From Naegleria gruberi (Eukaryota): a stretch of DNA of 64,000 nucleotides. A program made the position numbers and the translations under genes. Location: assembly GCA_000004985.1 (NCBI GenBank), contig GG738891.1; one strand, given 5' to 3'. How positions within the stretch are numbered: the stretch's first letter is position 1; every line of letters starts with the position of its first letter. Positions 21,659 through 30,985 of the stretch are shown here, piece by piece. The notes beneath the pieces were generated by a model that was given only the letters and a program-made list of their open reading frames with translations, was not told where the DNA came from and made no database searches.

Positions 21659-22204
21659 ATGAGCACAACATTATCTGCTTCGGAACTGAATCAAAAGAAT
21701 GAAACATTAATATTGAATATAATAATAGTAATATTGATTGCTAAAATTTTGAATATTATTTGGAAAAAGCTTATTCATGATAGATTAATTAATGGAACGG
21801 CTCGGAAATTGGAAAGGGAAATTGCTCTCCTTCAAAAGAGTAGCATTGCTCTTAACACACCTTCAAAGTTTGTAGAATATTCCAAGACTCAAAGAAGATG
21901 GAAAAAGAGAGAAAAGTTATTATCGGAAATTAAGAATACGTCATCTTATCGAGTTAAGATTGTTATTTCCTATGTCATACAATATGCACTTTCTCTAGGA
22001 GCACCTATTTGTTGCACTTTGTTGTGGTATGGGGAGAAGATTTCCACACTGGCCAGACCAGACTTTTGTTGTTTATCCAGAGGAGAATCATTGTGTTTGC
22101 CACAATTAATTTGTAGTGAGAGTGGATTTCAAATTGTTACTACATCATTTGTAATACTCACAATGAAGAGTTTGGATTATCTCAGTTCCATTCTGTTCAA
22201 ATAA
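21659..22204 (+). CDS. GET1/WRB-like tail-anchored protein insertion receptor subunit
   Basis: 181 aa. N-terminal TM (LILNIIIVILIAKILNII), a coiled-coil segment (ARKLEREIALLQKSSIALNTPSKFVEYSKTQRRWKKREKLLSE), then two further hydrophobic helices (RVKIVISYVIQYALSLGAPICCTLLWYG). This architecture matches Get1/WRB. Confidence 0.5.
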   Translation: MSTTLSASELNQKNETLILNIIIVILIAKILNIIWKKLIHDRLINGTARKLEREIALLQKSSIALNTPSKFVEYSKTQRRWKKREKLLSEIKNTSSYRVKIVISYVIQYALSLGAPICCTLLWYGEKISTLARPDFCCLSRGESLCLPQLICSESGFQIVTTSFVILTMKSLDYLSSILFK

Positions 22205-22293
22205 ATTCATGATTTAAAATGCTATCACTGTTTGCAACATCATTGGATTCAAGGAATTGATTTAAATAATTTTTGGAGTTTTATTCAACAAAT

Positions 22294-22575
22294 TTAGTTT
22301 TGCTTGTTGTTAACGGCAGCCTTTGGGGTGCTTCCGACCTTCCATCCGTTTCTTTCTCTTCTCAAAGCGAGCTTCAAATAACGACATCTACCAGTACCAG
22401 TGGTGTTTCTTCTAATAGCCTTATAAGCCCATTGGTACTTTCTGATCTTTGGTGATGGGAATCCGCAAGAAGCACAAGTCTTCTTTTGAATATGGTAAGA
22501 TCTTCTATCACATCTTGGACACATACCGTGTGTCTTGGTGTGTCTCAAACCGAATGATTGGGTACCCTTGGTCAT
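22294..22575 (-). CDS. rpl37: 60S ribosomal protein L37 (eL37)
   Basis: [68 protein letters not shown]... with the C4 zinc-ribbon motif. A probable 42-nt 5'UTR intron (plus 22579..22620, gtaagt..ttag) ends 2 nt before the ATG. Confidence 0.85.
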   Translation of the reverse strand: MTKGTQSFGLRHTKTHGMCPRCDRRSYHIQKKTCASCGFPSPKIRKYQWAYKAIRRNTTGTGRCRYLKLALRRERNGWKVGSTPKAAVNNKQN

Positions 22576-23001
22576 TTCTAATTTATTGATGAATAATGCA
22601 ACTACGAGGGCAATACTTACTTTTCTAGTGACGTTTTTTTTTTCAACAAATTTTCAGGTTGATAGAAATTTTGGGTTGGTATTCTTTACAATGAAACTTT
22701 TTTGCTGGTAAAATGTAACTGGAAAAAATGTTGATGCTTTGCTAGCGTTAGTGCACGGAGTATCAATCATCAATTATTCATACTCATATTAGTACATAGA
22801 TGATTATTATATAGAGATTGAATCATCATTATTGAACAAAATATATTAAATAAATATAATTTTTCTCATCAAACTTATAATATTCGGAAGATGGTAATCT
22901 AGGAAGACCATCACTGAACAGAATTTATTCTCAAGACTTGGTAATGAACATTATCATTGAAGAAGAAGTAATTGATAATTTAATAATAAAACAATTAAAA
23001 A

Positions 23002-24135
23002 ATGAGTCATCTCGATCAAAGGAAGAGGAAATACAATGATGATGAGGACGATAATTCTCCATCCACAGACACACAACTCATGATCAGAGCAGACAGTCAT
23101 GAACAAGATGAAAAGAGGAGAAAATTAACATCTTTAATGGAATTACCTCCACGTTCGTCATCGCTTTCAGCACCAATTTTAAAACTTGATGGACACAAAT
23201 CCGAAGTATTTACTTGTAAATTTTCGAATAGTGGAAATTTTCTTGCTACAGGTTCAGCAGATAAATCAGTTTTATTGTGGGATGTTTTCGGAGAGAGTGC
23301 CAAGAGTGAAGATGATGACTTATCATCAACCACTGTGAATTATGGTAGCTTATTGGGACATAAGAATGCTGTATTGGATTTGGATTGGTTTACATCAGAG
23401 GATCGTATTTGTACAGCTTCAGCTGATAATACTGTCATCTTGTGGGATATTATCAAATGTCTTAAAGTGAGACAATTTAAACAACATTCATCAATTGTAA
23501 ATTCTTGTTCAACATCAAAATATTCAAAACAATCGGATCTATTTGTATCAGCAGGTGATGATAGAGCCATCAATATTTATGACCAAAGAGAAAGAAAATG
23601 TATAAAAACAATCAAGAGCAAATATCCAGTCTTCTCGGCATGCTTTTCAGAAAATAATGATAGATTATTCACATGTGGAATTGATAGTGTCATTACTACA
23701 TGGGATTTGAAAACTGATAAATTCATTTACAACCTAGGCAGTGGGCACACTGATTCAATTACAGATATCAAGCTTTCACCTGATGGTAATTTCCTCCTAA
23801 GTAATTCTATGGATGGCACATGTCGTGTTTGGGATTGTAGACATTATGCCGAATCTGCCAATAGATGTGTAAAATTATTTAATGGAGCTAAACATTCAAT
23901 GGATAAGAATCTAGTTCGTGTTGCATGGTATAAGGATAGCTCATTGATTTCAACAGGTGCCGAAAATGATGTCATGATTTGGAATACCACTACAAGAAAG
24001 ATTGAATATCAATTACCTGGACATCATGGTTCTGTAAATTGTGTTCATTTCCATCCTCAACAACCAATTATTGCCTCAGCTTCAAGTGACAAGACTGTTT
24101 ATTTGGGTGAAATTGATTCAAAATCTATTTATTAA
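23002..24135 (+). CDS. snrnp40: U5 snRNP 40 kDa WD40 protein (SNRNP40/PRP8-binding protein)
   Basis: 377-aa single exon. Collinear similarity to SNRNP40 throughout (LDGHKSEVFTCKFSNSGNFLATGSADKSVLLWDVFG ... LPGHHGSVNCVHFHPQQPIIASASSDKTVYLGEI). Seven WD repeats. Confidence 0.85.
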   Translation: MSHLDQRKRKYNDDEDDNSPSTDTQLMIRADSHEQDEKRRKLTSLMELPPRSSSLSAPILKLDGHKSEVFTCKFSNSGNFLATGSADKSVLLWDVFGESAKSEDDDLSSTTVNYGSLLGHKNAVLDLDWFTSEDRICTASADNTVILWDIIKCLKVRQFKQHSSIVNSCSTSKYSKQSDLFVSAGDDRAINIYDQRERKCIKTIKSKYPVFSACFSENNDRLFTCGIDSVITTWDLKTDKFIYNLGSGHTDSITDIKLSPDGNFLLSNSMDGTCRVWDCRHYAESANRCVKLFNGAKHSMDKNLVRVAWYKDSSLISTGAENDVMIWNTTTRKIEYQLPGHHGSVNCVHFHPQQPIIASASSDKTVYLGEIDSKSIY

Positions 24136-25597
24136 ATAATAATTTTTCAATTTTGGCCAATCTTGCTTCTAAAACAGCTTTATCCTTATACAGATAAAGT
24201 TCATTAAAATCTTCAGCCTTCTTCTTTACCAGAGTTGACTTCTTGGGTGTTGCCTGTTGTAATTTGTTGCTGACATTGTTCACAATTTCACTTTCAGCAA
24301 GACTTTGACTCTTTTTCAACAATATTTGTTCCTCTCTTTTCACATTTTCCTTAAAGGTCTCTCTTGGAACCATCATAATATTATTGACAATAAAATCAAC
24401 CATTACATCCATCTTTAAAAAGTTTTCACTATTAATCCATTCATAATTTGTTTCATCTTTTCTGAACCATGTATTTTGATGTTTGGAATATCTTCTGGTG
24501 GAAACTTTGAATTCTCTCAAAAATCTCAAGAAGGATTTCTTTAAAGCTGATTTGAAAAAGTGATCCCTCCTATCAACAGTTTTCATATAATTAATGAAAT
24601 CATAAGCTTCCTTATAACCAATTGATCTGAATGGAACTGTATGATCTAGTAATATTCCTCGATCCATTAAACTGTATACTTCTTCTAAAAGTCCAGCTTC
24701 CACTAAATTTTCACATCTCCTTTCCAAACTTGCATAGAGTTTATATCTGTCTAAATAGAGAACAATTCCACGAACATCTAAATTATTTTCAGATACTTTA
24801 TCCATAAATCCATTCTTATACTTGAATTCTTTCATTGTTTTTCCAGATTCAGTCACAATAGTATAAGCTCTATTCAATCTATATAAATCATTTCTGTGAA
24901 TTTTTGATGCATATTCTGGATCTTTTTCTTGTAAAACTTTATATCTTCTATCCCATTCATCAGTTGAAACTCGTGTTAAATCATCCATTTTTTGAACAGA
25001 AAGAGTAGTTGGTTGTGGAATTTCCAAATTAGTTCCATCAATGAATGTATTCAAGTAAAAAGCACTTCCTCCAACGAGTATTGGCAATTTTCCTCTCGCC
25101 AGAATTTCCAAACACTTTTCATGAGCATCAACATAAAATTGTTGAACTGTATATTGATGAGTTTTATCGTGTGCACATTTTTCCAATGAAACATTATTAA
25201 CTAAATGATGAGAAATTCCTTGCATTTCCTCTTCTTTAATTTTGTTACTTCCGATAGAACATTCCTTATACATTTGAACAGAATCTACATTAATAATTTC
25301 TCCATTCAATCTTTTAGCAATTTCAATAGAAATTGGTGTTTTACCTGTACCTGTTGCTCCTGTTATTATAAAAACTTGATTTTTCAATTCTTTTGCAATA
25401 TTATTAGTATGATTATTGTTACTATCCATTGTTGTTGTATTATTAATAGTTGTTGTTGTTGATGAATAATTAAATTTAATAATAGGAGCAACATTTTGAA
25501 TCAGTAGTGATTTGATAAATCCTCTTCGGAGCATTGCATTATTACATGATGGTGGACCACCAAACAACAATTTCAATCCTTGTTGTTGTTTGAACAT
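24125..25597 (-). CDS. tRNA dimethylallyltransferase (tRNA isopentenyltransferase, MiaA/Mod5/TRIT1 family), probable organellar presequence
   Basis: 490 aa. P-loop IITGATGTGKTPISIEIAKRLNGEIINVDSVQMYKECSIGSNKI and downstream IPT core (LPILVGGSAFYLNTFIDG). The 3' end overlaps the SNRNP40 CDS by 11 bp (24125..24135, convergent). Confidence 0.85.
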   Translation of the reverse strand: MFKQQQGLKLLFGGPPSCNNAMLRRGFIKSLLIQNVAPIIKFNYSSTTTTINNTTTMDSNNNHTNNIAKELKNQVFIITGATGTGKTPISIEIAKRLNGEIINVDSVQMYKECSIGSNKIKEEEMQGISHHLVNNVSLEKCAHDKTHQYTVQQFYVDAHEKCLEILARGKLPILVGGSAFYLNTFIDGTNLEIPQPTTLSVQKMDDLTRVSTDEWDRRYKVLQEKDPEYASKIHRNDLYRLNRAYTIVTESGKTMKEFKYKNGFMDKVSENNLDVRGIVLYLDRYKLYASLERRCENLVEAGLLEEVYSLMDRGILLDHTVPFRSIGYKEAYDFINYMKTVDRRDHFFKSALKKSFLRFLREFKVSTRRYSKHQNTWFRKDETNYEWINSENFLKMDVMVDFIVNNIMMVPRETFKENVKREEQILLKKSQSLAESEIVNNVSNKLQQATPKKSTLVKKKAEDFNELYLYKDKAVLEARLAKIEKLLFNK

Positions 25598-25724
25598 TTT
25601 TTTTAAATTTCAATTTTTACATTAAAATTCAATAATCGATTGAAATCTCAATTTTTAAAGAAATTTGTTATTTATTTACACAAATGATTGAATACTAAGT
25701 AGTATATATATTTGATGATAATGA

Positions 25725-27341
25725 TTACCATTGAGCAAGAGCATCATAATCAGAATCAATATTATCCAATTCACCTAATTCTTCCATTACCAATCTCATA
25801 AATTCATCAGTTTTAGAGAAAACTCTCAATGCAGATAAATTATCACATGGTGTCTTTTGTAAATTTACAATACACATAATAGATCCCTTATTTTTCAATG
25901 CCATTTTTGGAAGTTGAGCAGCTGGATTAACCATCATTGAAGTTCCCAATACAAGTGATAAATCAGACTTTTTAGAATGGTCAATTGCATTGTCTAATTC
26001 CTTTTCAGGTAAAGATTCAGAAAAGTGAATAATTGTATCTTTGAGTTTTCCACCACATTCACAAAATCTTCCTGTCAAGTGAGTAGTATGACGTTGAACT
26101 GTCTTTAAAACATCAAATCCTCTCAAATATTCCTTTCCACAATCAGCACAAACTTCACGATAACAATTTCCATGTAATTCAGATAATTCATCTGGAGTCA
26201 ACCCACTTCTACGATGTAATCCATCAACATTGGTAGAAACTACATATTTCACAAAACCTAATTTGATTAAATGCTTAATAGCATAATGTGTAAATGTTGG
26301 TAATGCTTGTTCAATATCAATTTTGGCAATTTCATTTTCCTTTCCTGAACTTTTCAATGTCCAAACTCCCTTAGGTCCACGATAATCTGGAATTTTAGCA
26401 CTTGTTGAAATACCTGCACCTGTATAAACAGTACAATGTTTACAATTCTTTAAAACTTGTGCCAATTGACTTGCTTTTTCTTTAAGAGTCATTTCATCTT
26501 CCATAAATTCACGAATATCTTCTGGAACACCTGTAATTGAATTAATCATATCAGAGTGGTCATTATTCTTTGGAAGAATTCTATTACCAAAATCAATTTG
26601 ATCATTATCACCAACAAAATCCAATAATGAAGATTCCTTAGTTTCTGATTGAGTTAATGAGGAAGAATTGAACTTTCTAATTTGATCGAGGAAATTACCA
26701 GAAGTAGTACTAGATGATTGTTCTCTCTTTGCTTTGAGTTTTTCTTGAATTTCTTTTGATTTCTTAATTGATTTTTCCTTTTTTGCTAACAATTCTTGTG
26801 GATCTTGACCTGAGAGAACTTTTTCATTGATGAATTTTTCCATTCTTCTTTCAAATTCTTGTTGAATTCTATCTTTGAAAGCCTTTTCTGATTTGGTGGA
26901 GACATATCCACAACCTTCACGAACTGCAACTTCTGTACTCATAATAATTCCATTTTTGGAATTTACAAATCTGGAAACAAATTGAATGGAACTTCTATTA
27001 TCTTGTAAAATTGATTCATCAACTGATTGATAGACAAGAGATGAATCTAAAAGAATAATTCCACTTTCAGTTTCTAATCTAAATTTAACATTTTGACAAT
27101 CAATATTCGAAACTATTGCCAATTGATTACAGAAACTATTCAATAAATCATTAGTTAAAGCCAATTGATCAGTTACAATAAATACAATTTCACAATTATT
27201 CAAAGTATCTAATTGTAAAGTCTTAATCTTATTTGAACAATTAGAGTTCAATAAAATTGTGGAATTTTCACACTTGATAATTTCAACAAAACCAGTTGTA
27301 ATTGAGTTGACTTTTGTAATAATAATAATTCCTTTTAGCAA
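25725..27341 (-). CDS. NAD-dependent protein deacylase, class IV sirtuin (SIRT7/SIRT6-like), with an uncertain N-terminal boundary
   Basis: Catalytic core CTVYTGAGISTSAKIPDYRGPKGVWTL ... VVSTNVDGLHRRSGL ... Zn-binding CADCGKEYLRGF...CECGGKLKDTIIHFSESLP ... GTSMMVNPAAQLP. The first in-frame ATG is at 26942 (MSTEVAVREG..., giving 405 aa). The frame stays open for about 150 further codons upstream, to roughly 27400, without an ATG (the track start 27341 is a TTG). Confidence 0.8.
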   Translation of the reverse strand: MLKGIIIITKVNSITTGFVEIIKCENSTILLNSNCSNKIKTLQLDTLNNCEIVFIVTDQLALTNDLLNSFCNQLAIVSNIDCQNVKFRLETESGIILLDSSLVYQSVDESILQDNRSSIQFVSRFVNSKNGIIMSTEVAVREGCGYVSTKSEKAFKDRIQQEFERRMEKFINEKVLSGQDPQELLAKKEKSIKKSKEIQEKLKAKREQSSSTTSGNFLDQIRKFNSSSLTQSETKESSLLDFVGDNDQIDFGNRILPKNNDHSDMINSITGVPEDIREFMEDEMTLKEKASQLAQVLKNCKHCTVYTGAGISTSAKIPDYRGPKGVWTLKSSGKENEIAKIDIEQALPTFTHYAIKHLIKLGFVKYVVSTNVDGLHRRSGLTPDELSELHGNCYREVCADCGKEYLRGFDVLKTVQRHTTHLTGRFCECGGKLKDTIIHFSESLPEKELDNAIDHSKKSDLSLVLGTSMMVNPAAQLPKMALKNKGSIMCIVNLQKTPCDNLSALRVFSKTDEFMRLVMEELGELDNIDSDYDALAQW

Positions 27342-27804
27342 ATGGTGATTGAATGAGTGCTGACATTTTTTGTTGATTGGAAAATCTCTTTCAAAGGTTG
27401 AATAAGCGTTTTATTGAAAATAGCAGAGTTCCAATTTCATTGATTGTTGTTGAGGTTTCTAATAGAATTATCGGAAATGATGAACTATGCTGGTGGTAGT
27501 ATTGCACAATACAAAGTTCCGACTTCATTGCAATAGCTGAAAAGTAATTTCCGCTTATCCATCAAAATGAAACATTTCTATTGGTTGATTCTGCACCAAT
27601 CTTTCAAACTTGTTACATTTCATCGACTAATTTATGATGGAAGCACATTACAACAACATTTTAGTTGAGGAATGGTTTCGCCTAGACATTAATCATATCT
27701 ATCATGGTCCTGTGCTGTTAAGTTTAACAAAATAATTCTATCTAATAAACTATCAACACTATTTCTATTATTTCAATAAGTCCATAATTGGTTTTTTTAT
27801 ATAA

Positions 27805-30057
27805 TTATTGTTTGCATTGACTTTTGTGAATTGGCCAATCAATACTTTGACAATCTTGTCCACAATATTTAACTTTTTTACAATAACCACAAAGTAAATT
27901 CTTTTTCTTCTCCTTCTTTCCACAACAATCACATCTGTTCTTATCAAACTCAACTATTTCTCTATTAATATCAATATCAGTATCAGCCTTAGCATACGAA
28001 AAGCCAATTGGAGGTTTTGCACCTTTTAAAATTGCTCCACGTATTGATAACAGGTTCATACAATTTGGAGAAAGATAAGGATCTCCAGACTTGACAGTTT
28101 CTTGAGCCCAATTTAAATACCTGGTAAATGACGTTGAATTTCCAATTTGTGGGTCTACAATAAGTCTGGGATATGATACAATTAGAGAAACTATAAAACT
28201 TGTAAGGTTTGATAATATGTGTGATTGACTTAAATTAGCAATGTCAATGAAATATAAAAATCCTCCCTTTGTTTTGTCTAATATGTAGTGCAAAATTGAC
28301 TTGTTTTCATGATCTTTGATATTCGCAAGATACATCACCAAAGCTGCTGAATATTTCACTAATCCTTGTTCTTCCTCTTTTATAATCTTGACAGGTGGTG
28401 GTAAACGAAACTGTAAATTAGCTATACAAGTAAATGCAAGCTCTTTAGCTTTTTCGAAAGGAATTCTAGATTGAAATGATTGAAAGACGAAACAATTATT
28501 GAAAATATCCATACACGCTTTTGTAACTGCGATTGACTCATTCTTGTAATTGTTAAATATTGGATATAGCTTGTCTAAAATTTGATATTGTTTCTCCAAC
28601 ATGTTTCTAAAGCTTCCTGTTTGATTTTTGTAACACCATGAAAGCGTACTTAGAGCCATTTCCAAATTTTGGTGATGTGAATCTAATGTAATAAAGGGCA
28701 TGCAAACATCTACGACTCCAAGATCATGCATTTTGTATGCAAAATCAACAGAAATATCCAACAATATTTGGAAATATTTTTGAAAATCTGAAATAACTCT
28801 TTCTTCAACAGTATTTGGACCATATTCCTTTAAATGTGAATCTATCCTTTTGATTACATCAGGTACAATACTGAGCCCTTTCTTTAATACATACATTATT
28901 CAAATCAATGTTGGGTTAAAACTTACATGAGTCATTAAAACAATTTTGTCTACATCTTCGTCTTCAACTAATAATAACTTAGAATAAAGATAACAGGAAG
29001 CACTGTGAAATTCAGTATCCTTTTTTGAAAATCTGATTGCCTGTAAGAATATATTACATAATTTACCAATATGGAAATCCTGTAGCTGTTTGATAACTGG
29101 CCAAAACTTGTTTTGAAATACTGCATAAAATAGTCTAAAACCTAATACAGAAATTGTATAATATTTCTTGCTTTTGTTTCTCACAAACATTAAATCGTTG
29201 AGTAATTCCTTAACCTTTTGTGATACTTCAAATCTATGTCTTGTAATTGGATCCATAAGAAAGAAAATGTTACCAAACATGATGAGCAGAGGTTTCAAAT
29301 TTTCATCGCAAAGATCATCGCTGTAGGAAAGGCAAGTAACAAAAAACTGATCTAAATTTGAAACATTCATCGCTTTTCTTGAAAAACATTCTCTATTACA
29401 AACCATTAGTGTTATGGCCTCAGATTCTTCCTTTGTTGGCTGATTGTTCTTACATTTTGACATTAATCCGTCAAGTAATTCATTACACTTTTGACGAAGG
29501 TCTCTTTCATTCAAACATCCATATGTCTTTACCCAATTAAAACTGTTGTAATTACTTGGTAACATCAAAGAAGATTCAGTGATGGAAAATAACTTATCAG
29601 CTGGTTCGTCAATAGGAAGGGATGAAACACTATCAACAAATGCATCTATTCCATTTTTAGGTTTGGTTTCAAGTGCTTTCTTAACTTCTTCCTTTAAAGA
29701 TTTCAATATTTTTCTTCCTTCATCATCATTAACTCTTTTACAATTTTGTAATCCCAATATACAAACAGTATTAGCTTCTTCAAATCTAGTCAATAATAAA
29801 AGAATTTTAGCTTTTCTTGAATAAGCCTTGTACCACTTGTTATCTAATGAAAGTGATTTGTTTGCGTCTTCCAAGGCTTCGCGATATTTTCCCATCTGAA
29901 TATACGTTTGTGCTCTATTTCCTAAATAAACAGAATTGTTGGGATCCAATTCAATAGCCTTGGAATAGTGAGTAAGGGCCTGAAGAAAATTCTTATCTCG
30001 GAAAAAATCATTCCCCAATTTCTTTTCCTCTTCAGCTTGAACAATATTGTTGTTCAT
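27805..30057 (-). CDS. TPR-repeat protein with a C-terminal MYND zinc finger
   Basis: join(complement 28927..30057, 27805..28881); 45-nt intron (gtaagt..ttaaag) in phase 0 joins track ORFs 28900..30177 and 27805..28896. N-terminal TPRs (KKLGNDFFRDKNFLQALTHYSKAIELDPNNSVYLGNRAQTYIQMGKYREALEDANKSLSLDNKWYKAYSRKA). C-terminal MYND is CDCCGKKEKKKNLLCGYCKKVKYCGQDCQSIDWPIHKSQC. The start is taken as the A-rich-context ATG at 30057 (MNNNIVQAEEEKK); an upstream in-frame ATG near 30141 is possible. Confidence 0.6.
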
Positions 30058-30453
30058 TTTTTTTGTGCACGAGAGCTTAATGTAAATGTTAAGGCAGTGT
30101 AGGCAACAAAACACTTGAAACCAGAAAGCGGTTCGAGGAAAATTCATGTGATGGAGTGAGACAGAGAGAAAGTCCAATCACAGTGTGTATCTATTTGTTG
30201 AATGCTTAATGTGGCAGAAGGTAACCCCACTTCAAGAAATGCAGTTGTACGACATTTACGTACTAGAGATTAGAGATGGGGAATAAAACTAGCTTTATGT
30301 TTCGAGGCTAATTGGAATTTGGATAGAAGACAACTTTACACAAGATGCCATGTTTGCTAATGTTGGATAGAATCTAATTGGAAGAATCGAAATGATCATC
30401 GAATGTTTATTTAAAAATACGCGCAAAAACTGGTCTTTCAAAAACAAAACAAA

Positions 30454-30984
30454 ATGCAATCAAATCCTATTGAAACTCACCAAAATACTTCATCAAATAT
30501 TAAACAATACTTTGAAAATTGGAGGAAATTAATCAAATCTAATCCAGTTGTTACCGCTCAAGTAATAATCATTGCTATCATGTTGATACTTTTTATAATA
30601 TCAACATTCGGACAAAGTGAAAGAGATATCAGTTCTGCTACATGTTTATTGGCTGTCAAGTTTGTTTTACCATTCTTTTCGTGTATATTTTGTTTGGCTA
30701 GGAGTAAGCTCTTGGTAGGAGTGATGGCCTTCCTTTCATTAATCTCACTCACTGCAGGAAGTTTATGTGCATTCTTGATCATGTATCCATTCCATGGTAA
30801 GGTTGTGGAAGACCCATTAATTAGTGGTCCTGCTTGGGGAATTATGGGATTTGAAGTCGTTTCATTTTCTTGTCAAATTGTAATGATTTTCTGGATTAGG
30901 TCCATTGAAAAGACACCTAGTGAAACAATGAGTATTCCACAACAAGAACAAGTACAACTTAATGACGAAGAAGATCAAGTTTAA
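30454..30984 (+). CDS. Small polytopic membrane protein (about 4 TM), hypothetical
   Basis: 176 aa with four hydrophobic helices and an acidic C-terminus. Its stop is 1 bp from the stop of the convergent gene at 30986. Confidence 0.45.
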   Translation: MQSNPIETHQNTSSNIKQYFENWRKLIKSNPVVTAQVIIIAIMLILFIISTFGQSERDISSATCLLAVKFVLPFFSCIFCLARSKLLVGVMAFLSLISLTAGSLCAFLIMYPFHGKVVEDPLISGPAWGIMGFEVVSFSCQIVMIFWIRSIEKTPSETMSIPQQEQVQLNDEEDQV

Positions 30985-30985
30985 T

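Noticed and set aside
27385-27640. Short minus-strand ORFs (MKSELCIVQYYHQHSSSFPII..., MKCNKFERLVQNQPIEMFHFDG) as the missing first exon of the sirtuin
   Set aside because: No canonical donor could be placed that is phase-compatible with the candidate acceptors at 27347 or 27372. Left unresolved rather than asserted.
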